DNA from: Burkholderiales bacterium | GTDB taxonomy: Bacteria > Pseudomonadota > Gammaproteobacteria > Burkholderiales > SG8-39 | Direction of reading: 5' to 3' | DNA: 64,000 nucleotides | Assembly (NCBI GenBank): GCA_017880775.1 | Contig: JADGRQ010000013.1 | Span: 5,368 to 69,367 of the forward strand | Shown: piece by piece, positions 1 to 7,743 of the stretch | Numbering within the stretch: the first letter of the stretch is position 1 | How the letters are laid out: every line of letters starts with the position of its first letter | Position numbers and translations under genes: made by a program | Notes under the pieces: generated by a model | The model's database searches: none | The model's input: only the letters and a program-made list of their open reading frames with translations | What the model was told of the DNA's origin: nothing

Positions 1-237
1 CAGGTCCTTCACGTCCTTCACATCGACCTTGGTCGCGAATTCGCGCATCACCTGCGCGGCCGCGGCGATTTCGCCGACCGTCTCCTTCTTCACGCGCAGC
101 CCGATGATGAAACCGGCGATCTGCGCGGAGGTCAGTTCTCCGCGCATGATCTGGCGCATGATGTCGAGCATCTCGTCGTGAAACAGCTCGCGGTGCTCGA
201 CGGTGCGCTGGATGGCTTCGGCGACGGTGATCTTCAT
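1..237 (-). CDS. trpD: anthranilate phosphoribosyltransferase (first 79 codons; gene continues past the left edge)
   Basis: Own translation from the minus-strand ATG at 235-237: [67 protein letters not shown]..., the conserved TrpD N-terminal helical region; ATGA overlap with the trpG stop (234-236); frame open to position 1. Confidence 0.85.
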   Translation of the reverse strand, partial: MKITVAEAIQRTVEHRELFHDEMLDIMRQIMRGELTSAQIAGFIIGLRVKKETVGEIAAAAQVMREFATKVDVKDVKDL

Positions 238-806
238 TGCCTTCTCCCTTGCAGAAAATTTTTCAGCATCTGGTGGCCATGCTCGGTGAGGATGGCCTCG
301 GGGTGGAACTGCACGCCCTCGACCGGGCTTTCGCGGTGTCGCAGGCCCATGATCTCGCCGTCCTCGGATTCCGCGCTTACCTCCAGGCAGTCCGGCAGGC
401 TCGAACGCTCGACTACCAGCGAGTGGTAGCGCGTCGCGTTGAATCCCCCGGGCAGTCCCGCGAACACACCCTTGCCGTCATGCTGCACGCTCGAGCATTT
501 ACCGTGCATCACCTTGCCGGCACGCACCACCTTGCCGCCGAATGCCTGGCCGATCGCCTGGTGGCCGAGGCACACGCCGAGGATCGGGATGCGGCCGGCG
601 AAGCGCTTGATCAGCGGCAGCGTCACGCCCGCTTGGTCCGGCGTGCACGGGCCGGGTGAGAGCACGATGCTGTCGGGCTGCATTGCGCCGATTGCATCGA
701 GGGTGATCGCGTCGTTGCGGAACACCCGCACGTCTTCGCCCAGCTCGCCGAAGTACTGCACCAGGTTGTAGGTGAAGGAATCGTAGTTGTCGATCATCAG
801 CAGCAT
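234..806 (-). CDS. trpG: anthranilate synthase component II (glutamine amidotransferase)
   Basis: 190-aa ORF; [19 protein letters not shown] start, [10 protein letters not shown] nucleophile context and C-terminal FHPE of class-I GATases; followed by trpD with 4-nt overlap. Confidence 0.92.
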   Translation of the reverse strand: MLLMIDNYDSFTYNLVQYFGELGEDVRVFRNDAITLDAIGAMQPDSIVLSPGPCTPDQAGVTLPLIKRFAGRIPILGVCLGHQAIGQAFGGKVVRAGKVMHGKCSSVQHDGKGVFAGLPGGFNATRYHSLVVERSSLPDCLEVSAESEDGEIMGLRHRESPVEGVQFHPEAILTEHGHQMLKNFLQGRRQ

Positions 807-835
807 GATTCACTTAACCCTCTGTTTTCAGTGAT

Positions 836-864
836 GGCATCAAAGATTACCGTCCTTTGATACC
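836..864. promoter_or_regulatory. imperfect inverted repeat GGCATCAAAG-N9-CTTTGATACC upstream of trpG
   Basis: Read directly; perfect 7-bp core arms ATCAAAG (839-845) / CTTTGAT (855-861), one mismatch in the 10-bp arms; 30-58 nt upstream of the trpG ATG. Function unknown. Confidence 0.2.
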
Positions 865-1234
865 CGCACTTATTATTTGGATGGCCTCGGATAATGCCCC
901 GAAATTCCGGGCCTTGGTCGCCGATGCGCTCGGCGCAGCGATAAGGCAGATCAGGCGGCAGGCTTGCGCCAGCGCCAGCAGGGGAAAACAGCAGGATTGC
1001 GGAGAGAAATCACGCGCCCATTATTGCACCGCTCGCCGGCGCCGCCAATCCCCGGGCGGGACGGATCAGGATCGGCTCGCAGCCGCCCTGTGAGGAGTAG
1101 CGGGACAAGACCATTTGCAGGGGAATGCTTGTCGCACCGCCACCAAGACAATTACCGCCGCTCCGCCATTCCATTTTTTCAGACTCGCGCACTGGACGCG
1201 TCGCGCACGGAATCGGTGGTCTGATATCGCTTTG

Positions 1235-1738
1235 CTAGCCTTTGCCTTCGCCGCCCGGTTCCCTGTTGTAGTCTTTCAGAAACAGCACCTCGCGTACGAC
1301 GCCGTCGTGCGAAATCTGTACGTACAGGTTGTACGGCTCCTGGCTGGGACCGAACATCCGGTACTCCCAGACGTCGCGCTGCTGGCGGTCCAGGCGGCTG
1401 ATTCGCCCCGGCGGACCGAATTGTTCCCGCACCTGGCCGGTCGTGGTCACCCCCGGAACGAGTTTCTGCTGGTTCTCCACGGTCAGCAACTGGTCGATCG
1501 ATTGCACGACGCCGCTGGAGGACATGTGGACCGCGAAGGTGTGCATTCCCGCCGGACCGCGCGGGTAGTACAAGACGGTGTCGCCGTTGGACACCGTCAG
1601 GCGCTCCGCGGGGGCGCCCATCAGCGCCTGCACGTCGTTCGCCGTCGACTGCCCGGGCACGAGCCCGCGGCCGTCGTACGAGGCGCAGGCCGCAAGCAGG
1701 ACAATCGCGCCACAAATGACAAACTGTTTCGGCTTCAT
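1235..1738 (-). CDS. lipoprotein with two SmpA/OmlA (BamE-like) repeats
   Basis: 167-aa ORF; lipobox L-A-A-C at residues 15-18 (MKPKQFVICGAIVLLAAC); repeated G.S/T...V..(L)MG.P / QVREQFGPP motifs typical of BamE-like domains; GGAGGTGG upstream of ATG; host-like GC. Confidence 0.7.
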   Translation of the reverse strand: MKPKQFVICGAIVLLAACASYDGRGLVPGQSTANDVQALMGAPAERLTVSNGDTVLYYPRGPAGMHTFAVHMSSSGVVQSIDQLLTVENQQKLVPGVTTTGQVREQFGPPGRISRLDRQQRDVWEYRMFGPSQEPYNLYVQISHDGVVREVLFLKDYNREPGGEGKG

Positions 1739-1804
1739 GCGCCACCTCCAGTGTCTATGATACGCCGTCAGAAAACGCGAAAAGCCGCGGATCGCGGAGG
1801 TTAT

Positions 1805-2437
1805 CTATTTCTGCAGTTCGAACGAAACCAACTGATCAACGTACTGGTTCCACACACCGTGCGTGCCGGTGTCTTTGTATTCATGCTTTACGGAATACCT
1901 TACCTCAGGGGAATACCAGCGCGTTGAGAATGTCTCGCCGCCCCATCTGTAGTTGCCATCGGTATTTGTATACGTTCCATCGCATTTGATCTTATAGGCT
2001 TTGAACGTTCCCGCCTTCGTGACGACATCCTCGAACGCTAGCACTTCGCACGCCCTTTCTTCGCTGAAATCTCCGTTTCGGGCCAAATTGGGCCCGCTGA
2101 ACTTACTCTTCCATTTCTTACCAACGGCTAGCGGAAACGAGTAAGCCATCATGGGCGCATCAAATTTGCGGCCCCCCAATTCGAGGGTGTTCCCATCAAG
2201 ATCCGTAATCCACGTCGTGACGTTGCCCGAAATAGGGTTCTTGAGCTCTATTTTTAGCGATGAAGCGGAAATTTCCGCTACGCGATTCTCGCGCGAGCTC
2301 GTGACCTCCTTTTTCCGAAGATCAAAGCGTTCCACCAGCCATTTGTCGCCGACCTTGTGGGTGGGTCGTGTCGCCTCCTGTGAAAACACTTGCATCGATA
2401 CAAAGCACAAGCAGAACAGAAACTGTCGCTTCGCCAT
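1805..2437 (-). CDS. exported hypothetical protein (orphan)
   Basis: 210-aa ORF; Sec-type signal MAKRQFLFCLCFVSMQVFSQE; strong SD (GAGGGAGGA) a few nt upstream of ATG; beta-rich, two Cys; no family recognised. Confidence 0.6.
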   Translation of the reverse strand: MAKRQFLFCLCFVSMQVFSQEATRPTHKVGDKWLVERFDLRKKEVTSSRENRVAEISASSLKIELKNPISGNVTTWITDLDGNTLELGGRKFDAPMMAYSFPLAVGKKWKSKFSGPNLARNGDFSEERACEVLAFEDVVTKAGTFKAYKIKCDGTYTNTDGNYRWGGETFSTRWYSPEVRYSVKHEYKDTGTHGVWNQYVDQLVSFELQK

Positions 2438-2563
2438 GGTGTCCTCCCTCTAAATGTCGCATAACGCAAAGTCAACTTCCGCACAACCATTTAGGTTTTA
2501 CACGTCCCTCACGCCCATTGTCACCCTTTTTCATTTTCAGTCGTTTAAGAGAAACCGAAGGCC

Positions 2564-4141
2564 TTAGCCTGAAAGCAAGGCCAATTTTGCGAAATGATTA
2601 AGGCTATCTTCCACAGCTTGAGCAAGGTTCCTCCGCAACGATTCGCCCCTTGAGAGTTCGCTTCCATGGTAGGCGGATCGTAAGGTTCCATTCTCTACCA
2701 GTTTGGCCAGGTGATCCACAATATCATTGCGGTTGTTTTTTCCATCAAGAAGTTGCAGCATATGCCTGTCGAAATTATCCACAAGTCCCGACTCATGCAG
2801 TTGATTGGTCACGGGATCGCCGATCTTTGCCTGATGCCGGGCAAGAGTGCTCACAGCGGGACGATCACTGATTTCCATTACGAACGGCGCTTTTTGCGAT
2901 CGAAGGATTACAAAGTTCTGCGCATAGCCCTTGAGGATTTGAGCGGCTAATGTCTGACTGTCGAGACTTGAGGACTCTGGCTTGCCGTACACGATCTCAG
3001 CAATTCGACTACGGGCCGTCTTCACGAGGTCATCGAAAGAGATCGATTGCGGCCAAATCTCTGACAGAAGGCGGAACGCGGCCTTGACCAGTGAATTCGT
3101 CGACGTGAACGAAACACCGTTTGGTATCTGAAATGCCTCAGGCTGAGAAGAATGAAAATTGATCTGGTCGGAGCGCGGTCTGGCGGCCGAGGCAATGTTG
3201 AATCCCACGATGCTCTGGGGCGTCAAACTTCGATCAAGAGCGATTTCCTTCTTGCAGAGTAGAGTTTGGCGGAATCTTCGGTTCCGCAGAATATCCATGT
3301 ACTGTTCAGTTCTCACTAAATCACTGGAGATTCGGCGTAGCGTTTCGCCAACTTCCTGAGGAAAGCTGGCGGGCTGCATGGCGCTGAAATCCGCTTCGGC
3401 GAGATACTGCAACCCGTGACGATGCGCGCGGTCGGCGAACTCGTAAAAATAGGCGGGCTGGTTGATATCTTCCAGATGTTCATGAAATAGTTCCGCGTCG
3501 GAGTATTTGCGCCATTGTTCCAACTCGGTCTTGAGAGCGCTCGCGTATGGGTGGTCGGCTGGAGCGGACTGAGCTAGAAAGCCGAGTAGCGCACGTGCCT
3601 GCAAGATCCTCTCCGATGGTTCGGAGAGCTCCCTGGTGTGATATCGCGCCATTTCCCGGATCATGCCGCGGAAATGCCACCCGGGATACGTGTTGTAGCT
3701 CACGTACGCGACGCCGCCGGGAGACAGATTCTCATGACAGATCTGCAGGAGTTTCGCCTGCACCACGTCTGGGACCCAGGAATACACTCCGTGGGCGATC
3801 ACGTAATCAAACGTCCCGATGTCTTTGGTTACGCGCAAGATATCGAGTTGCTTAATCTCAGCGTTTTTCAAACCCAACGCGTCGATCGTCGATTGGCCGT
3901 CGGCTACCTGACGTGCCGACAGTTCGATTCCCAGGAACCGGCTTTCAGGAAGCGAAGATGCCATCGGGATGAAGTTCGCCCCGCTACCACACCCGAGTTC
4001 CAGTACCCGGCAACGATTGATGGGAGGGGGATTCATTCCAAACAGCGTTGCCAGGACCGCCAGCCGGTCGGGATGCGACTGTGCATAGGGTTTCTTGCTG
4101 TAAGGCACCTCATCGTAGCTAGAGGAGGACGCTGCGCTCAT
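2564..4141 (-). CDS. class I SAM-dependent methyltransferase with C-terminal 'methyltransferase regulatory domain' (PKMT-like)
   Basis: 525-aa ORF; YDEVPYSKKPYAQSHPDRL N-terminus, motif I VLELGCGSGANF, FDYVIAHGVYSWVP, and VRTEQYMDILRNRRFRQTLLC hallmark of the regulatory domain family. Confidence 0.82.
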   Translation of the reverse strand: MSAASSSSYDEVPYSKKPYAQSHPDRLAVLATLFGMNPPPINRCRVLELGCGSGANFIPMASSLPESRFLGIELSARQVADGQSTIDALGLKNAEIKQLDILRVTKDIGTFDYVIAHGVYSWVPDVVQAKLLQICHENLSPGGVAYVSYNTYPGWHFRGMIREMARYHTRELSEPSERILQARALLGFLAQSAPADHPYASALKTELEQWRKYSDAELFHEHLEDINQPAYFYEFADRAHRHGLQYLAEADFSAMQPASFPQEVGETLRRISSDLVRTEQYMDILRNRRFRQTLLCKKEIALDRSLTPQSIVGFNIASAARPRSDQINFHSSQPEAFQIPNGVSFTSTNSLVKAAFRLLSEIWPQSISFDDLVKTARSRIAEIVYGKPESSSLDSQTLAAQILKGYAQNFVILRSQKAPFVMEISDRPAVSTLARHQAKIGDPVTNQLHESGLVDNFDRHMLQLLDGKNNRNDIVDHLAKLVENGTLRSAYHGSELSRGESLRRNLAQAVEDSLNHFAKLALLSG

Positions 4142-4205
4142 GAATGTCCCTTCCTAAAGAGGGGGCCGATTGTGCAATTGATTGTATATGTGATAAGAAC
4201 CCAGG

Positions 4206-5735
4206 ATGATTCAGGATGCTAACGACGCTCCCGCGCGAAGTCGGCAGGCGCCGCGTGTACGGCCGATCGACATCTCCGGGCTTCGTGTCGGGACGTTGAC
4301 GTTGCAGGAGACGAAACGCCGGCTTCGTCAGACGCTCTTCGCCCTTCGGGAATCTTATCCGCAGATTCCGGCGGATGCGAAGAAGCTTGACACGATCGTT
4401 GATCGCCTCGCCAACGTGGCGTTGGACGCGGTGAGCGCGACCGATGTCTCGATGGCGATATTGTTTCGCCGCCTGCAAGGCTTGCGGATCAATGGAATGG
4501 GGCAGGCCAATCGGTTGTGGCCGCAACTGTTTTCCTTGCCGCTCGAGCGTGGCCAAGCGGAAAACAGCGTCAGTGTGGCGACGACTTCCAGAGCGGACTT
4601 GAGCAAATTCCTCCGGGTGCTGTGGAGCACCCATTTTGCGGGTACACGTGGGAGGCTCGAATGGATCATTGCCGCGATTGCGGCCTGGCGTCCCCGCTCG
4701 CTGCGCGAACTTCATCGCCGCATTGAGAGGGTAGAAGCCTCCTTCCCCGATTTCGACGCATTCGAGAAGGTCTATGCACCGGTATTTGTCTTTGAAACGC
4801 CGGCTGCAACAGGCCCCTCCGAACCGGCGTCTCCCGATTGGACGCTTCTTTGGCAGTACGAAGGTGCAAGCGGCTACGGCGGCGACTATCCTGCGGACGT
4901 GAAGGATTTCCTTGGAACTTTTCTGTGCCGCGTTCGTGACCTCGATCCGCGAGCGAGAATCCTCGATATCGGAACGGGCAGCTATGCGGCCATCTTGCTT
5001 GCGCGAGAAGTGTCTACCGAATTCGAGTTGATCGGTATCGACATCGCCGATATTCCAGCGCCTCCAGAAGTGGCGCGGATCCAGTCCTTCAAGATGAGCG
5101 CGGAAAGCCTGGGATTTCCCAACGAGGCGTTCACGGCCGTGATGTCGGTAAATGGCATCGAATACGCGGACGTAGACCGCGCTTTTCCAGAAATGCGCAG
5201 GGTAATGCAGCCAGGCGCGCGCGCCGCGCTGGTCCTGCATCGGCCGGACTCCCTGATTGTCGCAAGAGCCAGGAAGTTCATTGAATTCCTGGACAGCACC
5301 CTCCTCATGGAGACGCTGGCATTGAGCTGGCTTTACCTCGACGGCGGGAGTGAGGCGATCGAGCGCGAGCTCGTCGGACAACTCCTGGAGCTGAAGAAGA
5401 GGAAGGTGGATAAACAGTTCGTGCGATATTTCAGTCGCGTGATGCAGGGGATCCCCGAAGCGATGCAGAAGCTGCACTCCGCTCCGGCCGACGCCTACGC
5501 GCTCATTCAGCGATTCGAGACGGACCTGCGTTGGACATATGAAAGAGACCGGTTTCTGATCTCTCACATGTCGCGCATTCCGACTGATCGGCAAGACATG
5601 CTGAAATGGCTTGGCACTTACGGGTTCGCGGTGGACGCCGTGCAAGAGGTGTTTCTAGATTCGGATCACAGCGTTCCGCCGGTGGGATGGGCGGTACAGT
5701 TGCGCAAACCAGTAGCGACCGGCCGATCCCAGTAG
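4206..5735 (+). CDS. large protein with central class I SAM-methyltransferase domain, flanks unassigned
   Basis: 509-aa ORF; ILDIGTGSYAAILLA (motif I), IGIDIA, VMSVNGIEYA, MQPGARAALVL in residues about 240-350. Preferred over the codon-aligned antisense ORF 4119-5645, which is Arg/His-rich with no motifs. Start codon choice uncertain. Confidence 0.65.
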   Translation: MIQDANDAPARSRQAPRVRPIDISGLRVGTLTLQETKRRLRQTLFALRESYPQIPADAKKLDTIVDRLANVALDAVSATDVSMAILFRRLQGLRINGMGQANRLWPQLFSLPLERGQAENSVSVATTSRADLSKFLRVLWSTHFAGTRGRLEWIIAAIAAWRPRSLRELHRRIERVEASFPDFDAFEKVYAPVFVFETPAATGPSEPASPDWTLLWQYEGASGYGGDYPADVKDFLGTFLCRVRDLDPRARILDIGTGSYAAILLAREVSTEFELIGIDIADIPAPPEVARIQSFKMSAESLGFPNEAFTAVMSVNGIEYADVDRAFPEMRRVMQPGARAALVLHRPDSLIVARARKFIEFLDSTLLMETLALSWLYLDGGSEAIERELVGQLLELKKRKVDKQFVRYFSRVMQGIPEAMQKLHSAPADAYALIQRFETDLRWTYERDRFLISHMSRIPTDRQDMLKWLGTYGFAVDAVQEVFLDSDHSVPPVGWAVQLRKPVATGRSQ

Positions 5736-5953
5736 CTCGCCTGCAACGAGCATGGCTCACTGCTTTGTCCCCAGGAAGGGCAAACCGCATTCGCGCGGCT
5801 CTTTGCAGACAGCGCGAGATGTCGCCGGATGCGACGGCTCCCCACCTGGCGCAAGGCTAGTGGGATGGACGCCCCTTCCTGACACGGCATGGAAGGGAGA
5901 CGTCCTCTTGAGGACCGATTTGGCGACAACCGGGTGAATCTGCTTCGCTTCTC

Positions 5954-6334
5954 TTACTTTGATAATTCGATGTGATAGGTGCCGACGCGACCGACCAACT
6001 TACCGCCTTCAGCATTCAATACCAATTCGTCGTTACCGCAGCCATGTATGATCCCCGCGCTCCGCTGAAGCTGAAACTTGCCATTTTTGTACTTGCCACT
6101 AATCGAGTAGTCACCCGGGCAGTCGTGGCCCTCGGCTTTTAACTTACCTGCTACCGTCCCATTATCCACACTCGTTATTTCGAGCGTTACTATGTCCGTC
6201 TGAGGTTTGTGTCGTTGTAAAGGGAACTTGTATGAACCCTGATAGGTTCCTATCAATTCCTGCTGGGCATACGAACTCGCGCAGAAAACTAGTAGGGCGA
6301 TACTCACAGCTACGGTTTGATTACGTGCAACCAT
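5954..6334 (-). CDS. small exported hypothetical protein (orphan)
   Basis: Internal ATG at 6332-6334 preceded by GGGAGGA; MVARNQTVAVSIALLVFCASSYAQQ signal peptide; 126 aa, two Cys, beta-rich. The ORF-track start at 6415 lacks an RBS. Confidence 0.55.
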   Translation of the reverse strand: MVARNQTVAVSIALLVFCASSYAQQELIGTYQGSYKFPLQRHKPQTDIVTLEITSVDNGTVAGKLKAEGHDCPGDYSISGKYKNGKFQLQRSAGIIHGCGNDELVLNAEGGKLVGRVGTYHIELSK

Positions 6335-7033
6335 TGGATCCTCCCTAGTGAATGTTTGAACGTAGATACCACTGGACAAAGATGGACATTTTGGCCTCAA
6401 ACTGAAGTGCTGCAACCCTTATTTGTTGCCACCATCAGCCGAAATCCCAGGCTGATGTGGCGAATTAATTTTACCCGGAGAGGGTAGCGGTTTACAAATT
6501 TGCCTTACGAACTATGGGCTATTGCAAATCAGGCACTTGCGACGCTTAGCCATCTCAAAATATGCGTCGCACGCGGCCAAACCAAAATACCTTCCAGAGA
6601 TTGCGTCACAACTTCGACACACGGCGAAAGCGCAGCTAAGGCATTGGTCTAGGCTTCCGAGATGGCGGCTACCGGCAATTAGCGAACGTCTGCTTTCGGT
6701 AGAGTCGAGATGTGGCGCGGTGGCAGTAGGTTCGGTTTGTCCGAGTAAGCGAGAGGGTTGCCCCCTTCGCTCCTCACAGACCCCGCCGTGCGGAATTGCC
6801 GCGATGGGTTCTTCAGGCTGGCTCACCGGGTGGGCCAAGCGTGTGTGATACGCGGTTTCAAGAGTGGATAGCGTGCGAAGATTTTGGCGAAGCGCTGCCA
6901 CAAGAGGCGCCGTCCACGTGTCCAAATTGAACACTACAACGCTCAACCTGGTACAGAAAAAGCCGGTCAGCTCAGGCCCGGACTGATGCATGATATGTCC
7001 CTGTCCCGATTCGCGATGACGAGGTCAGACGCC

Positions 7034-7735
7034 ATGATGAAACGAATGCTGACCGGCTGTCTGGCCGGGTGTTCCCTGCTGGCGGCCGTGCCGGCTGCCG
7101 CGGCCGAGCCCGCGCCGCGCTACAACACGGTTGAACTGCAGGCCGAGGCGCAGCGCGAGGTCCCGAACGATCTGCTCAATGCAAGCCTGTACGTGGAACT
7201 GAACGATGCCAGCCCGGCGGCGCTTGCCAACGCCGTCAACCGGAGGGTCAACGAGGCCCTGCGCGTGGCCAGGGACTACAAGGGCGTGACGGCGCGCTCC
7301 GGCAACAACCAGACCTATCCCGTCTACGCCAAGGGCAACCTGCTGCAGGGCTGGCGCGGCCGCGCCGAGATCCGGATCGAGAGCAAGGACTTCGAAGCCG
7401 CCGCGGGACTGATCGGCACGCTGCAGGCGAGCATGCAGCTCGGGAACATCGGTTTCACGGTCTCGCCCGAGGCCCGCCGCGCCACGGAGAACGAATTGAT
7501 CGCCGAGGCCATTGCGGCATTCAAGGCGCGTGCCGAGATCGTCAAGGCCGCGCTCGCCGGCCGCAGCTACAAACTGCAGCGCCTGAATCTGGTCAACGGC
7601 TACAGCGGGCCGCCGCCGCGCCCGGCGATGGCGCGCATGGCCGCGAACGTGCAGGAGGTGGCCGCACCCAGTCTCGAAGCCGGCGTCAGCCTGGTAACGG
7701 TCGCGGCGAGCGGCGCGATCGAGGTGATCGAATAA
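7034..7735 (+). CDS. SIMPL/DUF541 (YggE-like) periplasmic protein
   Basis: From MMKRMLTGCLAGCSLLAAVPAAAAEP signal (ATG at 7034, codon 51 of ORF 6884-7735); overall pattern of the SIMPL family (Q..A.REV.ND...A.L.VE....; C-terminal V.L..V.ASG.IEV). Confidence 0.78.
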   Translation: MMKRMLTGCLAGCSLLAAVPAAAAEPAPRYNTVELQAEAQREVPNDLLNASLYVELNDASPAALANAVNRRVNEALRVARDYKGVTARSGNNQTYPVYAKGNLLQGWRGRAEIRIESKDFEAAAGLIGTLQASMQLGNIGFTVSPEARRATENELIAEAIAAFKARAEIVKAALAGRSYKLQRLNLVNGYSGPPPRPAMARMAANVQEVAAPSLEAGVSLVTVAASGAIEVIE

Positions 7736-7743
7736 CCTCGCCG

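Larger units (their letters stand above)
1750..7000. other. AT-richer accessory islet A inside the trpE-trpG gap
   Basis: Hand counts of 120-nt samples: 52% GC (2101-2220), 54% (3001-3120), 52% (6001-6120) versus 66% in trpE (8001-8120). Boundaries approximate; no integrase, transposase or convincing flanking repeats seen. Confidence 0.55.

Noticed and set aside
797-1021. Open minus-strand frame upstream of and running 10 nt (797-806) into trpG (MGA-TGA-FLSAILLFSPAGAGA...[10 protein letters not shown]), considered as a trp leader peptide or coupled uORF
   Set aside because: The frame has a TGA at codon 4 and no ATG/GTG/TTG afterwards. It contains no Trp codons, and its third-position GC is only about 54% by my count, far below real genes here.
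4119-5645. 508-aa minus-strand ORF almost exactly antisense to the 509-aa methyltransferase-domain ORF
   Set aside because: Its codons are in register with the sense codons (5643-4206 is divisible by 3), so stops can only arise opposite TTA/CTA/TCA, which GC-biased genes avoid. The translation is Arg/His/Gly-rich with no motifs, whereas the plus frame has clear SAM-MTase motifs.
1780-6965. Possible direct repeats flanking islet A (AAAAGCCG at 1780-1787 and 6958-6965)
   Set aside because: Only an 8-mer; expected by chance between two ~100-nt border windows at roughly 0.15 probability; no extended similarity around it.
6512-6991. 159-aa minus-strand ORF in the long gap of islet A
   Set aside because: No SD, Cys/Arg/Ser-rich odd composition and no recognisable motif. 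The other frames I translated are short and start-less. Kept only as part of the non-coding-gap finding.
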